From a virus (taxonomy: Duplodnaviria > Caudoviricetes): DNA of 43,564 nt. Made by a program: the position numbers and the translations under genes. How positions within the stretch are numbered: position 1 is the first letter of the stretch; each line of letters begins with the position of its first letter. The notes under the pieces are model-generated. The model ran no database searches. It saw only the letters and a program-made list of their open reading frames with translations, and was not told where the DNA came from. The stretch spans positions 1 to 43,564 of the IMG/VR virus record IMGVR_UViG_3300043574_000003, one strand, 5' to 3'. Of this stretch, positions 33,890 to 42,749 are shown in pieces.

Positions 33890-36800
33890 TACGCCGCCAG
33901 CCTGAGCAGGAATTTGACGCTGCTGACCGCCTCGGCCTGCGACCCGACCTCAAGAGGGTGCAGGTTGTCCGCCATCCACCCCAGGGAGTTCGAGTTGACC
34001 CAGCTACCCCAATGCGCGTAGGTGTCGCGAACGAGCAGGCCGCGCTCGGTTGCCACGTCACGCGTCGTCTGCGCGATGACGTCCTGAATCGCCTTGGATG
34101 CCGACGATACGTTAGACGGGAAGTGCGTCGCCAGGGCCACGTTGATGCCAGCCGCCAGCAGCGTATCGACATACGTCGCGAGTTGCGATTTGTATGTCGC
34201 CGGCGCGGTGTTCGCGACCGCGTCGTTGATGCCTGGGCGGACGACGACCAGGTCAGGATTCAGGGCGACCAGAGCCGGCAATGGGTCGAATCCTTGGGTC
34301 GAAACGATCCAGTCCGCAATCTTGCCGCCGCTCCAGCCTGCGCTGTACATGCGGATCGACTTGACGGTGCTGTTATACGCATCCATGCCGATGATGTATG
34401 CACCGCCGGACGTGCGGGCCACGGCCACGGCGTTGGTGTTCAGGGCGCCGGTGATCGTCGCTTTACCCACGCCGCTGGTGCCGGCCTGGTTGACCGGTAC
34501 CGCCGTCGAGCCCGTGCGGGTGATGCTGAACGCGCCCAAGCTGGTATTGATGGCGTAGTACACATCGAACGTATCGCAAGGATCCTCCGGCGTGAAGGCC
34601 AGGCGTGCCGAGTTGGCGTTGTTCTGCTGCATCGAACCGGCGACGGTGCGGGTGGTTCCCGAGTGCGCGAAGCCGGCGCCGTCCGGGGCGGACAGGCGCG
34701 TGTCGTATGCCAACAGCGTGTAGGTGTTCGTTACGCCGAAGGACTGATCCCCGAGCCAGTTGTTGATTGCCACGGGCAGCGCCTGCGCCGCCGTCAGCGC
34801 GGTCTTGCGGTAGACGGATGGCGAGTTCGTGCGGAACGAGTTCGCTGCGCCGCCCAACGTACGCGCACCGGCTTCGGTGGAGTCGCCAGCCCACACGACG
34901 CGCATATCTGCGGTACCGGCTGCAACCGCTGCCATAGCGGCGCGGGTGCGCGCATAGTTCGGGTTGAGTACCTTCGCGTACTTGTCGGCGAACGCGATCA
35001 TTTGCGCCAGCACGCCGGCGCTCGGCGTGAAGCTGTGGCCGCCGGTGATTCCGGCGATCGATACGACCTCGGTTGCGACGCCGGTGACGCGCGCTACCAG
35101 CGCATCGGTGTTGCTGGTCTTCGGAACCGTGGCGTCATCCGTCGCGGCGGCGAACAGCATTGGCACGCTGCGGAACGCCGTTGGCGCGGCCAGCAGAGGG
35201 TCATAGCCGGCCGTGGCGGTGGCGTACGGGTTGCCCCCGTTGATGCTGTAGGCCGTGTTGATTTTGGCCGTCCAGGCGCTGGCGTAGGCCGTGGCAAGGC
35301 TGGTGGTGGGCGAGTAGCCGATCCACGCGGCCACGCCGGGGATATTCCCCTTCGACAGGCTGTTGAGAGATTCGATACCGCCCATGGAGCATCCCAGGAA
35401 CACGGTGTTGCCGATGCGCGCCCTGTTGTAGATGTATTGCCAGCCGGCGAAGTAGGCATCGATTGATGCCTGGCTACCCCACGTGGATTTGTTCGCGGCG
35501 ATGCCGACGGACAGGCAGATGTAGCCCGCCGCCGCAAACGCGCGCCGCATGATCGGATAGGTCGGGTCGCTATTGAAGGCCAGTTCGTCCGAGCCGTCCC
35601 CGTGGAACATCACCACCAGCGGGTATTCGATGGCCGAGTCGTAGCTTGGCGGTAGCCACACGGCGTAGCCGACGGTGGCCGCCGAGTTGCCGAGCCACAT
35701 CAGGCCGCTTGCCGTGCTGCCCTCGCCAAAGATACGCGGCTCGATGGTCTGGATGTCCTTGCGCGCGCTCATCGGGCCGAACGAAGACCCGGTGGTGTTG
35801 AGCGTATCGCTGTTGAACAGCTCGATGTTGTTGATGTTGAACCCGGTGCGGGCTCGGCGCGCGAAGAAGCCGACCGTGTTGTCGACCTTGTCCGCCGACA
35901 CCGAGATGTAGGTCGGGTCTACCGTGATCGTGATCAGGTAGTCTCCCCGGTTCAACGTGGCGCTCAGTTGCGTCACGGTGCCGTTGTTGTAGCTTTCGAT
36001 CTTGCCGGCCGTGAAGTTGAAGTAGACGCCGAAGAAGTTAGCCAAGCCCGTAGCCGGTGCGGCGCCTGCGGTGTCACTGTTCACGCCAGCGGCGATGCCG
36101 CCCGTGGTCGACCCTGCTGCAACGGTGACAGGGATCACCACGCGCATCGACTGGCCTGCCGTGATCGCGTAGCTGTGGTTCTGCGATGAGCCACCGCTGA
36201 CGGTGCCGCCAGCGTACAGGCGGTTGCCGGATACCTGCAGCGGCGCGGCGCCCTGCGTCCAGTTGGTCGACGCGGAGGTCCACGGTTCAACGAAGACCGT
36301 GGCCGACGTGTCCGCCGTGACGTAGCTCGCCGCTGCCGGGTTGTCGAATCCGCCCGTGTTGGTGAGGTTGACGGCTGAGGTGCCGGCAGCGACCTGCGAC
36401 AACGTGAACGTCGCGCTCTTGACAGCGGCGGTCAGGGTAGGGTTGGACGGCGTGAACGTGTCGCCGGACGGGTTGCTGGCCAGGTAGGCGGCGGTGCCGC
36501 TTACCGAGTTGGCGGCCAGATAGAATTTGTTCGATGTCTGGCCAGCAATGCCAGCCGTCGGGCCGATCAGCGATACGCCAGTTACGACCACGCCGCCGCC
36601 ACTGCTGCCGGTAGGGGTCACGGCGTTGGAGAGCGCCGACATAGGGCCGGAGCCGATCGCGTTGTTCGCACGCACGCGGATCTGATAGGTGACGCCGCCC
36701 TGCACATACTGGGCGCTGGTGAAGATTGCCGGGTTGGGTACGTTCTTCAGGGTGCGTTCGAGCACGCCGTTGACGTAAAGGAATGCGTCGTAGCTGGTGA

Positions 36801-37305
36801 TGGCGCTGCCGCCGGTGTCGGTCGGCGCGGTGTACGGGCCAGTGACGGTCTCCACGCCGGCGGTCGCGGTGCCGATGACCGGCGCGGCCGGCACGCTCAC
36901 GGGATTCGACAGCACCAGTGTATCGGTGGTGATGAGCGACAGCGACGCCTGGACCTTGATCGGCCATTCCTGGCCGGCGGGCGCAATCTCGCTGGCCGTC
37001 AACGTGAAGGTCGTGCCGGTAAATCCGGTGATGTTCACAAAACCGGCGCCCTTGTCGATCAGGCCTTGAATGCTCGTCAGCGCCATGCCGGGCGGCGGGG
37101 TCACGGTGATCACGTCGCCGACGGTGGCGCGCCCGCTGGTGTTGTTGGTGGTAATCTTGGCACGGTTGAGCAGCGGTGCGGTATCGGTCAGCATGTCGAC
37201 GAGTTGCACATCGACCTGCTTGATGCGGTTGTAGTGCGCGAGCTGGCCGGTGGCCGGATCAAACTGCCACTGCGGGTTGCCTTGGTATTGTCTGAATTTG
37301 GACAT
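33889..37305 (-). CDS. large multidomain protein: FN3/Ig-like + alpha/beta hydrolase + SGNH hydrolase
   Basis: FN3 pattern P.AP...YTAP..TGGSAITSY...YQIRVRA.N..G.G..S; FHGDG, GCSMGG, TDDATVP, GGHS; GDS, GWSG, GIND, DNLHP. Confidence 0.85.
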   Translation of the reverse strand: MSKFRQYQGNPQWQFDPATGQLAHYNRIKQVDVQLVDMLTDTAPLLNRAKITTNNTSGRATVGDVITVTPPPGMALTSIQGLIDKGAGFVNITGFTGTTFTLTASEIAPAGQEWPIKVQASLSLITTDTLVLSNPVSVPAAPVIGTATAGVETVTGPYTAPTDTGGSAITSYDAFLYVNGVLERTLKNVPNPAIFTSAQYVQGGVTYQIRVRANNAIGSGPMSALSNAVTPTGSSGGGVVVTGVSLIGPTAGIAGQTSNKFYLAANSVSGTAAYLASNPSGDTFTPSNPTLTAAVKSATFTLSQVAAGTSAVNLTNTGGFDNPAAASYVTADTSATVFVEPWTSASTNWTQGAAPLQVSGNRLYAGGTVSGGSSQNHSYAITAGQSMRVVIPVTVAAGSTTGGIAAGVNSDTAGAAPATGLANFFGVYFNFTAGKIESYNNGTVTQLSATLNRGDYLITITVDPTYISVSADKVDNTVGFFARRARTGFNINNIELFNSDTLNTTGSSFGPMSARKDIQTIEPRIFGEGSTASGLMWLGNSAATVGYAVWLPPSYDSAIEYPLVVMFHGDGSDELAFNSDPTYPIMRRAFAAAGYICLSVGIAANKSTWGSQASIDAYFAGWQYIYNRARIGNTVFLGCSMGGIESLNSLSKGNIPGVAAWIGYSPTTSLATAYASAWTAKINTAYSINGGNPYATATAGYDPLLAAPTAFRSVPMLFAAATDDATVPKTSNTDALVARVTGVATEVVSIAGITGGHSFTPSAGVLAQMIAFADKYAKVLNPNYARTRAAMAAVAAGTADMRVVWAGDSTEAGARTLGGAANSFRTNSPSVYRKTALTAAQALPVAINNWLGDQSFGVTNTYTLLAYDTRLSAPDGAGFAHSGTTRTVAGSMQQNNANSARLAFTPEDPCDTFDVYYAINTSLGAFSITRTGSTAVPVNQAGTSGVGKATITGALNTNAVAVARTSGGAYIIGMDAYNSTVKSIRMYSAGWSGGKIADWIVSTQGFDPLPALVALNPDLVVVRPGINDAVANTAPATYKSQLATYVDTLLAAGINVALATHFPSNVSSASKAIQDVIAQTTRDVATERGLLVRDTYAHWGSWVNSNSLGWMADNLHPLEVGSQAEAVSSVKFLLRLAA

Positions 37306-37318
37306 GGTATGTGCGCTC

Positions 37319-37672
37319 CTATGGGTTCATGTTGCTGGCGCTGTAGAGCGATTGCGCCGGGGTTTTATCGGGGCCGCTGCTCAGGGCCATGTCGGTGATC
37401 TGCAGGTCCATGCTGACGTCCTTGCCGTCCTGCGTCTGCCGCTGGCTGTTGCTGGTGACCTCCACCAGGGCCATCAACGTGAACTTGGTACCGACATCAG
37501 GCAGGTCACCGAGGTTGAGCTTGGCCAACGTGTCGTCGCACAAGTAGATGGTCAGGCCGTACGGATACTTCGGCCCCTTGTTCTCTTCGCCGAGCATGCT
37601 GGGCGCGCAACAGTCGCCAGTCATCTCCTTTGCCTCCGCCGGCGACAGCGCCATGTTTTGCATCTTCATCAT
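37319..37672 (-). CDS. capsid staple-like protein (epsilon15 gp10 type)
   Basis: KYPYGLTIYL.DDTL.KL...LP.VG...LQITDM pattern, just after the portal. Confidence 0.72.
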   Translation of the reverse strand: MMKMQNMALSPAEAKEMTGDCCAPSMLGEENKGPKYPYGLTIYLCDDTLAKLNLGDLPDVGTKFTLMALVEVTSNSQRQTQDGKDVSMDLQITDMALSSGPDKTPAQSLYSASNMNP

Positions 37673-37684
37673 TCGATCCCTCGG

Positions 37685-39349
37685 TTAGGTGTAGCCACTA
37701 AAATTGCGCGTCATGTCGGTCAGCGCGTTCTCGCCGCTGGTGTTAGCTTGCGACAGATCCTTGGCGCCGGACGCCATCGCCTGCATCGCCTGCATCGACG
37801 CGGCGGCCTGCTGCTGCTGCTGGCGAGCGTTGCGGATCAGGGCCACGTCCTTGTCGGCTACGATCAGGTTGGGGTCGACGCCCAGCATGTCGCTGTACAC
37901 GTCCGCCCACTCGTCGCTGTTGAACTTGTCGAGCACGTCGGGCTTGAACTGCGCCAGGGTGCCGAGCGACATCACGAAGCGGTCGATGCCGTTGGTGCCG
38001 ATGGCGCGCTGTGCCTGCGCCAGCATCGACACAAACTCGACCTGAAGCTCGACGCCCTGCAGTTCCTCCGGCGGCGGTGGCAGGATGCCGGCGCGCACCA
38101 TGCGGGCGAATGTCAGCTCGATCTTCGGGTCCAGCAGCTCGTTGTGCTGGCGTTCGAGCACTGGCCCGAGCATCAGCAACTTCTCTTCGTGGCGCTCGGC
38201 CACCTCGGTCGCGGTCATCTGCGTGCGGTCGGTGTTGGCCAGCATCTTGAACAGGTCGACATAGAACGTGCTGTTGATGCGGTCGCGCACGTCGCGGATA
38301 TCCTCCAGCAGGTACTGCGGGTTGAGCGTGACTTCCCAGGCCGTGCGCGCTGTCTGCGGCTGGGTGCTGTCGATGTAGCTGACGCCGCCCGGCAGGAAGT
38401 TGCCCATGCCCTTGGCGCTGGTCGGAAGGATGATGGGCGGCTTGACTTGGTAGTCGATCGCCTGCGCCTTGCGCAACTGCTGGTGCTGGAGCTGGCGCAC
38501 GTCGCCGATAGCCAACGTGCCGGGGCCGGTGCCGTAGACGTCGTCACCCCAGGTTTCCCAGCGCGGCGCCAGCACGCGGAACTCATTGAATCCGGAATCG
38601 CGCAGATTCTTGTCCGTGTTGCCGCCGGCCGGCTCGAACGTCAGCGAGCGCCACTGCATGTTGGCGGCATCGCGTATGCTTGGGTCTCGATCCGCGCGCG
38701 GCTCGATCAGGTGCACCAACGGGACCATCGCATCAAGCGACCCCTGGTCGAACAGGTTCTTGACCGTGTTGCTGACCTTCCCGATGCCGTACTCCTTGAC
38801 CACCTCGGCAACGGTCTTCTCGAACTGGCGATACATCGTGTCGACTTCGCCCTTGTAGTTGGTGGCCAGGCGATACTCGCCGGCCGTCAGGGTGTGATGG
38901 CGGATGACGTCCTCGAAGTCGTCGACCAGGATCGAGGTGGCCGTGCCATACAGCCCCAGCTCGCCGTACATCTGGTGCAACGCGCGGTAGGTGTTGGAGC
39001 GGGCGAACACGGACTGCATCAGGCGCGTGCAGTCGTTCAGCCAGATCTTGACCGGCGTGAACTTCATCAGCTCGGGGTCTGGCGTCGACAGGCGGAACCA
39101 CGGCCTAGCCGGCGACGTCATGCCCGCCATCAGGCCGGCCGCCAGCGTGGCCTGGGCTCGCGTGCCGGTCGAATCGTAGATGTCGTTGAAGTTCTTCTTG
39201 CCGCTGCGCTGGCGCTCGTCCTGCAGGAAGCGGCCAGACACCGGCAGGATGTTGCGGCTGATGTCTATCCACCGGCTGCGCCACTCGCTGAAGTCGCTGT
39301 CAAGTGAACCCCAGCGTTGCAGATACTTGTTGCGGGGCGTGGTAGCCAT
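37685..39349 (-). CDS. portal (head-tail connector) protein
   Basis: LAAGLMAGMTSPARPWFRL, YGTGPG, MTATEVAERHEEKLLMLGPVLER motifs; 554 aa. Confidence 0.95.
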   Translation of the reverse strand: MATTPRNKYLQRWGSLDSDFSEWRSRWIDISRNILPVSGRFLQDERQRSGKKNFNDIYDSTGTRAQATLAAGLMAGMTSPARPWFRLSTPDPELMKFTPVKIWLNDCTRLMQSVFARSNTYRALHQMYGELGLYGTATSILVDDFEDVIRHHTLTAGEYRLATNYKGEVDTMYRQFEKTVAEVVKEYGIGKVSNTVKNLFDQGSLDAMVPLVHLIEPRADRDPSIRDAANMQWRSLTFEPAGGNTDKNLRDSGFNEFRVLAPRWETWGDDVYGTGPGTLAIGDVRQLQHQQLRKAQAIDYQVKPPIILPTSAKGMGNFLPGGVSYIDSTQPQTARTAWEVTLNPQYLLEDIRDVRDRINSTFYVDLFKMLANTDRTQMTATEVAERHEEKLLMLGPVLERQHNELLDPKIELTFARMVRAGILPPPPEELQGVELQVEFVSMLAQAQRAIGTNGIDRFVMSLGTLAQFKPDVLDKFNSDEWADVYSDMLGVDPNLIVADKDVALIRNARQQQQQAAASMQAMQAMASGAKDLSQANTSGENALTDMTRNFSGYT

Positions 39350-39687
39350 CAGCCGCCCCCGCCGAGCAGCGTGTTGCGCCCGATATCGAGTGACGTCAGG
39401 TCGACGCCGCCGGCGCCGGTGAGCATGGTGGCCGTGGCGTTGGTGCCGCGCCCAGGTGTGGCGCCGGTGTTGGCCGCGCGCAGCGCCTGCACATTTGGCG
39501 CCTTGGCCTGCTGGACCGGTTGCGCGGTCTTGGGTACGGGCGCCTCCTTGATCGGGGTGGGCGGCGGTGGCGCTGCCGCTTCAGGCGCAGACTGGAATGC
39601 TTGCTGCGTTGCCTTCATGGACTTGCTGATGATGAGACCGCCAGCGATGGCGGCAATGCCGTAGGCAATAGATGCAGGTTCGCACAT
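39349..39687 (-). CDS. small virion protein upstream of the portal
   Basis: AAGGA RBS; MCEPASIAYG..., Pro-rich middle, TMLTGAGGV...NTLLG C-terminus; TGATG overlap with the portal. Confidence 0.75.
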   Translation of the reverse strand: MCEPASIAYGIAAIAGGLIISKSMKATQQAFQSAPEAAAPPPPTPIKEAPVPKTAQPVQQAKAPNVQALRAANTGATPGRGTNATATMLTGAGGVDLTSLDIGRNTLLGGGG

Positions 39688-39707
39688 GGCTGTGATCCTT
39701 ATGAGTT

Positions 39708-41285
39708 TTACGCATAGGGATCGTATTCCTTCTCCTGTCGAGTATGCGCACCCAGCAACTCCGACATGACCGGCGTGTCCTTCAGGGCCAGCAGGTAGGC
39801 GCTGGCATAGTCGGGCGAGCGCCCGATCTGCTTGATGATGTCCTCGCGGCTTTGCACCTTGATCACCTTGCCCTGGATCGACCAGGTCGGCGTGCACAGG
39901 TCGCGCGCCAGCTCCTTGTCTGGCGGTAGGCAGATGCCGGTGTTGTTGGCCGGGTCCAGCGCCTCGCGGAAGCGCCACCACAACTCGGTGCGCTGGTTCA
40001 GGAAATGGATCTGCCCGGTCTTGTCCATGCCGTAGGCCTTCTCGGACACATTCACGCCGATGACCTGCTGGTCGGCCTGGCGCAGGAAGTCCAGCGGCGA
40101 GCTGCCGACGCCGATCGAATCGAGGTGGATGGGCGCGCGGTCGCGCTTGGCGGCGATGCACAGGCCGGCCACGGTAGGGCCATCTGGCGTGGCAGCGCCC
40201 GGGTAGACCAGCGGTCGGTCGAACCACATGCCATGTCGGCGCGCGATGATGGTGTTATCCTCGCCACCGCGCGCCACGTCGACGCCCAGGCTGTCCATCT
40301 TGAGGAGCTGATCGGGGACCTTCCAGCGCGCCATGGCCGCGTCGACCCAGGCCGTCGGGATGACCTGGAAGGCGTTGTCCTTCATGCCGGCCTGGAAATC
40401 GCCGTACAGCATCTGCGAGCGCAGCGGCTCGGGTAAATCCTGCAGCGTGTTCATATAGCCGCTCGCCATGTAGAAGGGGTTGTCCGTGACTTTCGCCGGG
40501 ATGAATGTGCGGCTCTTCGGCTTGATGATGTCTTCCGGCCGGTGTGCGGCGCGGTCGAAGTCGTAGCAGGGCTTGCCGTCGACCATGACGAACTCGTCGC
40601 CGCGATCGAGCCAGGTATCGCTGGTGCTGCCCTTGCCGTCGGGGAGCATGGCGCAATAGCGGATGGCGCCCGGGACCGTCGGGTAGAGCGGGTGCTTGTT
40701 GTCGAGCCATGGCCCGAAGAAGTCAATCACCCAACGACCTTCGGCGGTAGTGGGCGGGTTGAAGAACATCCACACCTGGGCATGGAGGTCCGGATTGCTC
40801 GACCTGGTCCACCCCATGATGAAACGCACTTGCGCCTCTCGCATCTCGGTGACCTCGTCGAAGATCTTCTTGTCGTGCGCGCGGCCCTGCCAGCGGCTTT
40901 CGTCGCCCGGGTTGTCCAGGCCGCCGAACTCGCACAGCCCGCGATTGGGAATGCGCCAGATGCCCTTCGTGCTGTTGAAGCCCAGCGAGCTGCCGCCAAG
41001 TATCTCGGTCAGACGCTGGATCACGCCTTCGCACTGCGCCTTCTCGCGGCGGATGAACAGCGCGCGTTCGCTCTTGAGCAGGATGGTACCGGCGCCTAGG
41101 TCAGTTTTGCCGCCGCCGGCCGCGCCGCCGTAGCCGACGATATCGGCTGTGCTCTCCCACGCCATTGTCTGCGGACCCTTCAGCGGCCACCACAGCGGTT
41201 GCCGGCGGCGCAGCTCCATCAGCAGCGCCAGCTTGCGCTCAAGCGCCCAGCGCGTGGCGCGGTCAGTCAGGGACGTCGAAGTCAT
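39708..41285 (-). CDS. terL: terminase large subunit
   Basis: YGGAAGGGKT Walker A, IFDE Walker B, FNPP, LGVDVARGGED and RSPD nuclease motifs. Confidence 0.95.
   Translation of the reverse strand: MTSTSLTDRATRWALERKLALLMELRRRQPLWWPLKGPQTMAWESTADIVGYGGAAGGGKTDLGAGTILLKSERALFIRREKAQCEGVIQRLTEILGGSSLGFNSTKGIWRIPNRGLCEFGGLDNPGDESRWQGRAHDKKIFDEVTEMREAQVRFIMGWTRSSNPDLHAQVWMFFNPPTTAEGRWVIDFFGPWLDNKHPLYPTVPGAIRYCAMLPDGKGSTSDTWLDRGDEFVMVDGKPCYDFDRAAHRPEDIIKPKSRTFIPAKVTDNPFYMASGYMNTLQDLPEPLRSQMLYGDFQAGMKDNAFQVIPTAWVDAAMARWKVPDQLLKMDSLGVDVARGGEDNTIIARRHGMWFDRPLVYPGAATPDGPTVAGLCIAAKRDRAPIHLDSIGVGSSPLDFLRQADQQVIGVNVSEKAYGMDKTGQIHFLNQRTELWWRFREALDPANNTGICLPPDKELARDLCTPTWSIQGKVIKVQSREDIIKQIGRSPDYASAYLLALKDTPVMSELLGAHTRQEKEYDPYA
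39720..39752 (-). promoter_or_regulatory. putative late promoter GGTGCGCATAC-N16-TACGAT
   Basis: Third copy of the motif, embedded in the terL 3' end ahead of the portal operon. Confidence 0.65.
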
Positions 41286-41871
41286 GCTCTTCAGGCGCGG
41301 ATGGTGTTGCAGGCTTCGGCATGGCGGCCGCCGTGGCCAGTTGCTGCTCCAGCATGGCGATCTGCTCGCTGATCTCCCCCGTGCTCAGGTTCGAGAACTC
41401 CAACGAGCCGGCCATCTCGACCTTGCTGTTGTCGCGGTACTTGTCGGGCGCGTGCGCCTTGAGCAGCATGGCGGCCAGGCTGTCGCTGTATTTCTTGACC
41501 GACGCCAGCTTGCGCGTGCCGTCCTCGTTGAAGGAGGCGACCATCACCGGTTGCTTCGTGGCGCGGTCCATCACGGGCTTGCCGCTTCGTGTCAGCTTCG
41601 GTTCGAGCGCGTATTGGAACTGCCCCTGATGGATCACCGGCTCGTCGACGCCCTCGAACGCGCGCCGGGTCGCCTCGTCCTCCAGGGCGGTGACGCCGAT
41701 GCGCATGGCCCGGTCCCACTTCTCGGCGAAGTCGGGATCCTCCTCGCGCCAGTCGTATGCGGTGGTTCTTCCCATGCCCAGGGCGCGGCACGCTCGCCCC
41801 ACGTTTGCGGTTTCGGCGAGGGCTGCGCAAAAGGCAGCTACCCTTTCAGGTGTCCGGTTAGATGCGCTCAT
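41263..41871 (-). CDS. terS: terminase small subunit
   Basis: FCAALAETANV..AC...G.GRTTAYDWR..D..FA..W HTH, LEDEA.RRA.EG, YSD.L...LLKA..P.KY; alternative start 41880. Confidence 0.85.
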   Translation of the reverse strand: MSASNRTPERVAAFCAALAETANVGRACRALGMGRTTAYDWREEDPDFAEKWDRAMRIGVTALEDEATRRAFEGVDEPVIHQGQFQYALEPKLTRSGKPVMDRATKQPVMVASFNEDGTRKLASVKKYSDSLAAMLLKAHAPDKYRDNSKVEMAGSLEFSNLSTGEISEQIAMLEQQLATAAAMPKPATPSAPEEHDFDVPD

Positions 41872-41914
41872 TCCTATCATTCCTCATGTTCGCTATTTTG
41901 CTAAATTTTGTGGT

Positions 41915-42373
41915 TTAAAGCGCGAAAAGCTGCGTTTGTTGCGTGTTTTTGCGCTTTTTTGTAGATTTCGTATTCCTCGCGTTATTGAGCGCAATGGTAT
42001 AGCAGGCAGAACACCAGCGATAGCCCCCAAGCAAGTGCATGTCGCGGAACGGGATGGGGGCAAAGCAGCCGGTGCATGGCGCGGTGACCGGACCCATGTG
42101 CTCGGGGTCCGCCTCGCGGCGCTGTTCAATGGTGGGGGCGGTGGAACGGCGGAAGTCGGTGGCGTGCTGGGCGCGGCGCAGGTACCGGCAGATGTCGCGG
42201 GTGGTGCTCTTGGAGACGCCGAACAGCTCAGCCAGGCGCCCGTAACCCATGCCGTGCTCTTCGTGCAGGTCGAGCAGCTTGTCGACCTCGGCGTTCGTGA
42301 GCTTGGCGCGCTGGTGGTCCTCGCCGACGCGGATGCCGGCTTCGTTGACCGCTAACAGTCTTGTCGTTTGCAT
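41915..42373 (-). CDS. HTH protein with C-terminal CxxC...CxxC segment; candidate late regulator
   Basis: GEDHQRAKLT..EV...GMGYGRLAELFGVSKSTTRDIC HTH; CTGC...CSAC; own promoter; sits before terS. Confidence 0.7.
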   Translation of the reverse strand: MQTTRLLAVNEAGIRVGEDHQRAKLTNAEVDKLLDLHEEHGMGYGRLAELFGVSKSTTRDICRYLRRAQHATDFRRSTAPTIEQRREADPEHMGPVTAPCTGCFAPIPFRDMHLLGGYRWCSACYTIALNNARNTKSTKKRKNTQQTQLFAL

Positions 42374-42406
42374 GGCCGGCCCCTTCCGCTGTTGTTTCTT
42401 GGCGGA

Positions 42407-42435
42407 AGTGTAGTTGCTTACGGGCCAATGTGCAA
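42407..42435 (-). promoter_or_regulatory. sigma70-like promoter TTGCAC-N17-TACACT
   Basis: -35 at 42430-42435, -10 at 42407-42412. Confidence 0.55.
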
Positions 42436-42446
42436 ATATTTTAGGC

Positions 42447-42472
42447 AAAAAGAGACCAGCGCATGGCTGGTC
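42447..42472 (-). terminator. intrinsic terminator downstream of the tRNA-like RNA
   Basis: gaccagc-N5-gctggtc stem followed by TCTTTT on the minus strand. Confidence 0.7.
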
Positions 42473-42544
42473 AAATAGTCCTGCTTCGGTTCAAACCGCC
42501 GGGGATGAAGTCCGGCTAATCCTCCAGGGTACCGCAATGGAACT

Positions 42545-42641
42545 TGGCGCGTGCCACCGGTCTCGAACCAGCAACCTTCCACTGCACTGCGTTATAACGC
42601 ACCATGCGCAGAGGCTGCTCTACCCATTGAGCTATGCACGC
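42545..42641 (-). ncRNA. 97-nt tRNA-like RNA with an extended anticodon arm
   Basis: GCGTGCA/GGCACGC acceptor stem, U8A9, GCTC-AATGGGTA-GAGC D arm, GCTGG-TTCGAGA-CCGGT T arm, encoded CCA; 28 nt in place of the 7-nt anticodon loop. Confidence 0.8.
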
Positions 42642-42721
42642 TTAAATCTTCCCGGTTGCCTCCGGGGCGCTCTCTTGCGGTGCGCGGCTTCTTACGTTGA
42701 CGTACAGCAGCGAGAGCCTTG

Positions 42722-42749
42722 ATTCTACACCAGCCGGCGGCCGCGTCAA
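42722..42749 (-). promoter_or_regulatory. sigma70-like promoter TTGACG-N16-TAGAAT
   Basis: -35 at 42744-42749, -10 at 42722-42727, upstream of the tRNA-like RNA. Confidence 0.65.

Noticed and set aside
37306-37320. Fourth copy of the late promoter box (GGAGCGCACATAC)
   Set aside because: Only a partial match, lacks the N16/-10 spacing and coincides with the RBS of the hydrolase gene.
18292-39307. Long plus-strand ORFs (18292-20604, 24603-25844, 30300-31457, 31470-32534, 33958-35466, 37250-39307)
   Set aside because: Antisense shadows of well-supported minus-strand structural genes, expected with high GC3.
42545-42641. Ordinary tRNA-Ala(CGC) with a 21-nt intron, or tRNA-Met
   Set aside because: It would need G at position 33 instead of the invariant U and a short-intron splicing system that bacteria lack; reported as tRNA-like instead.
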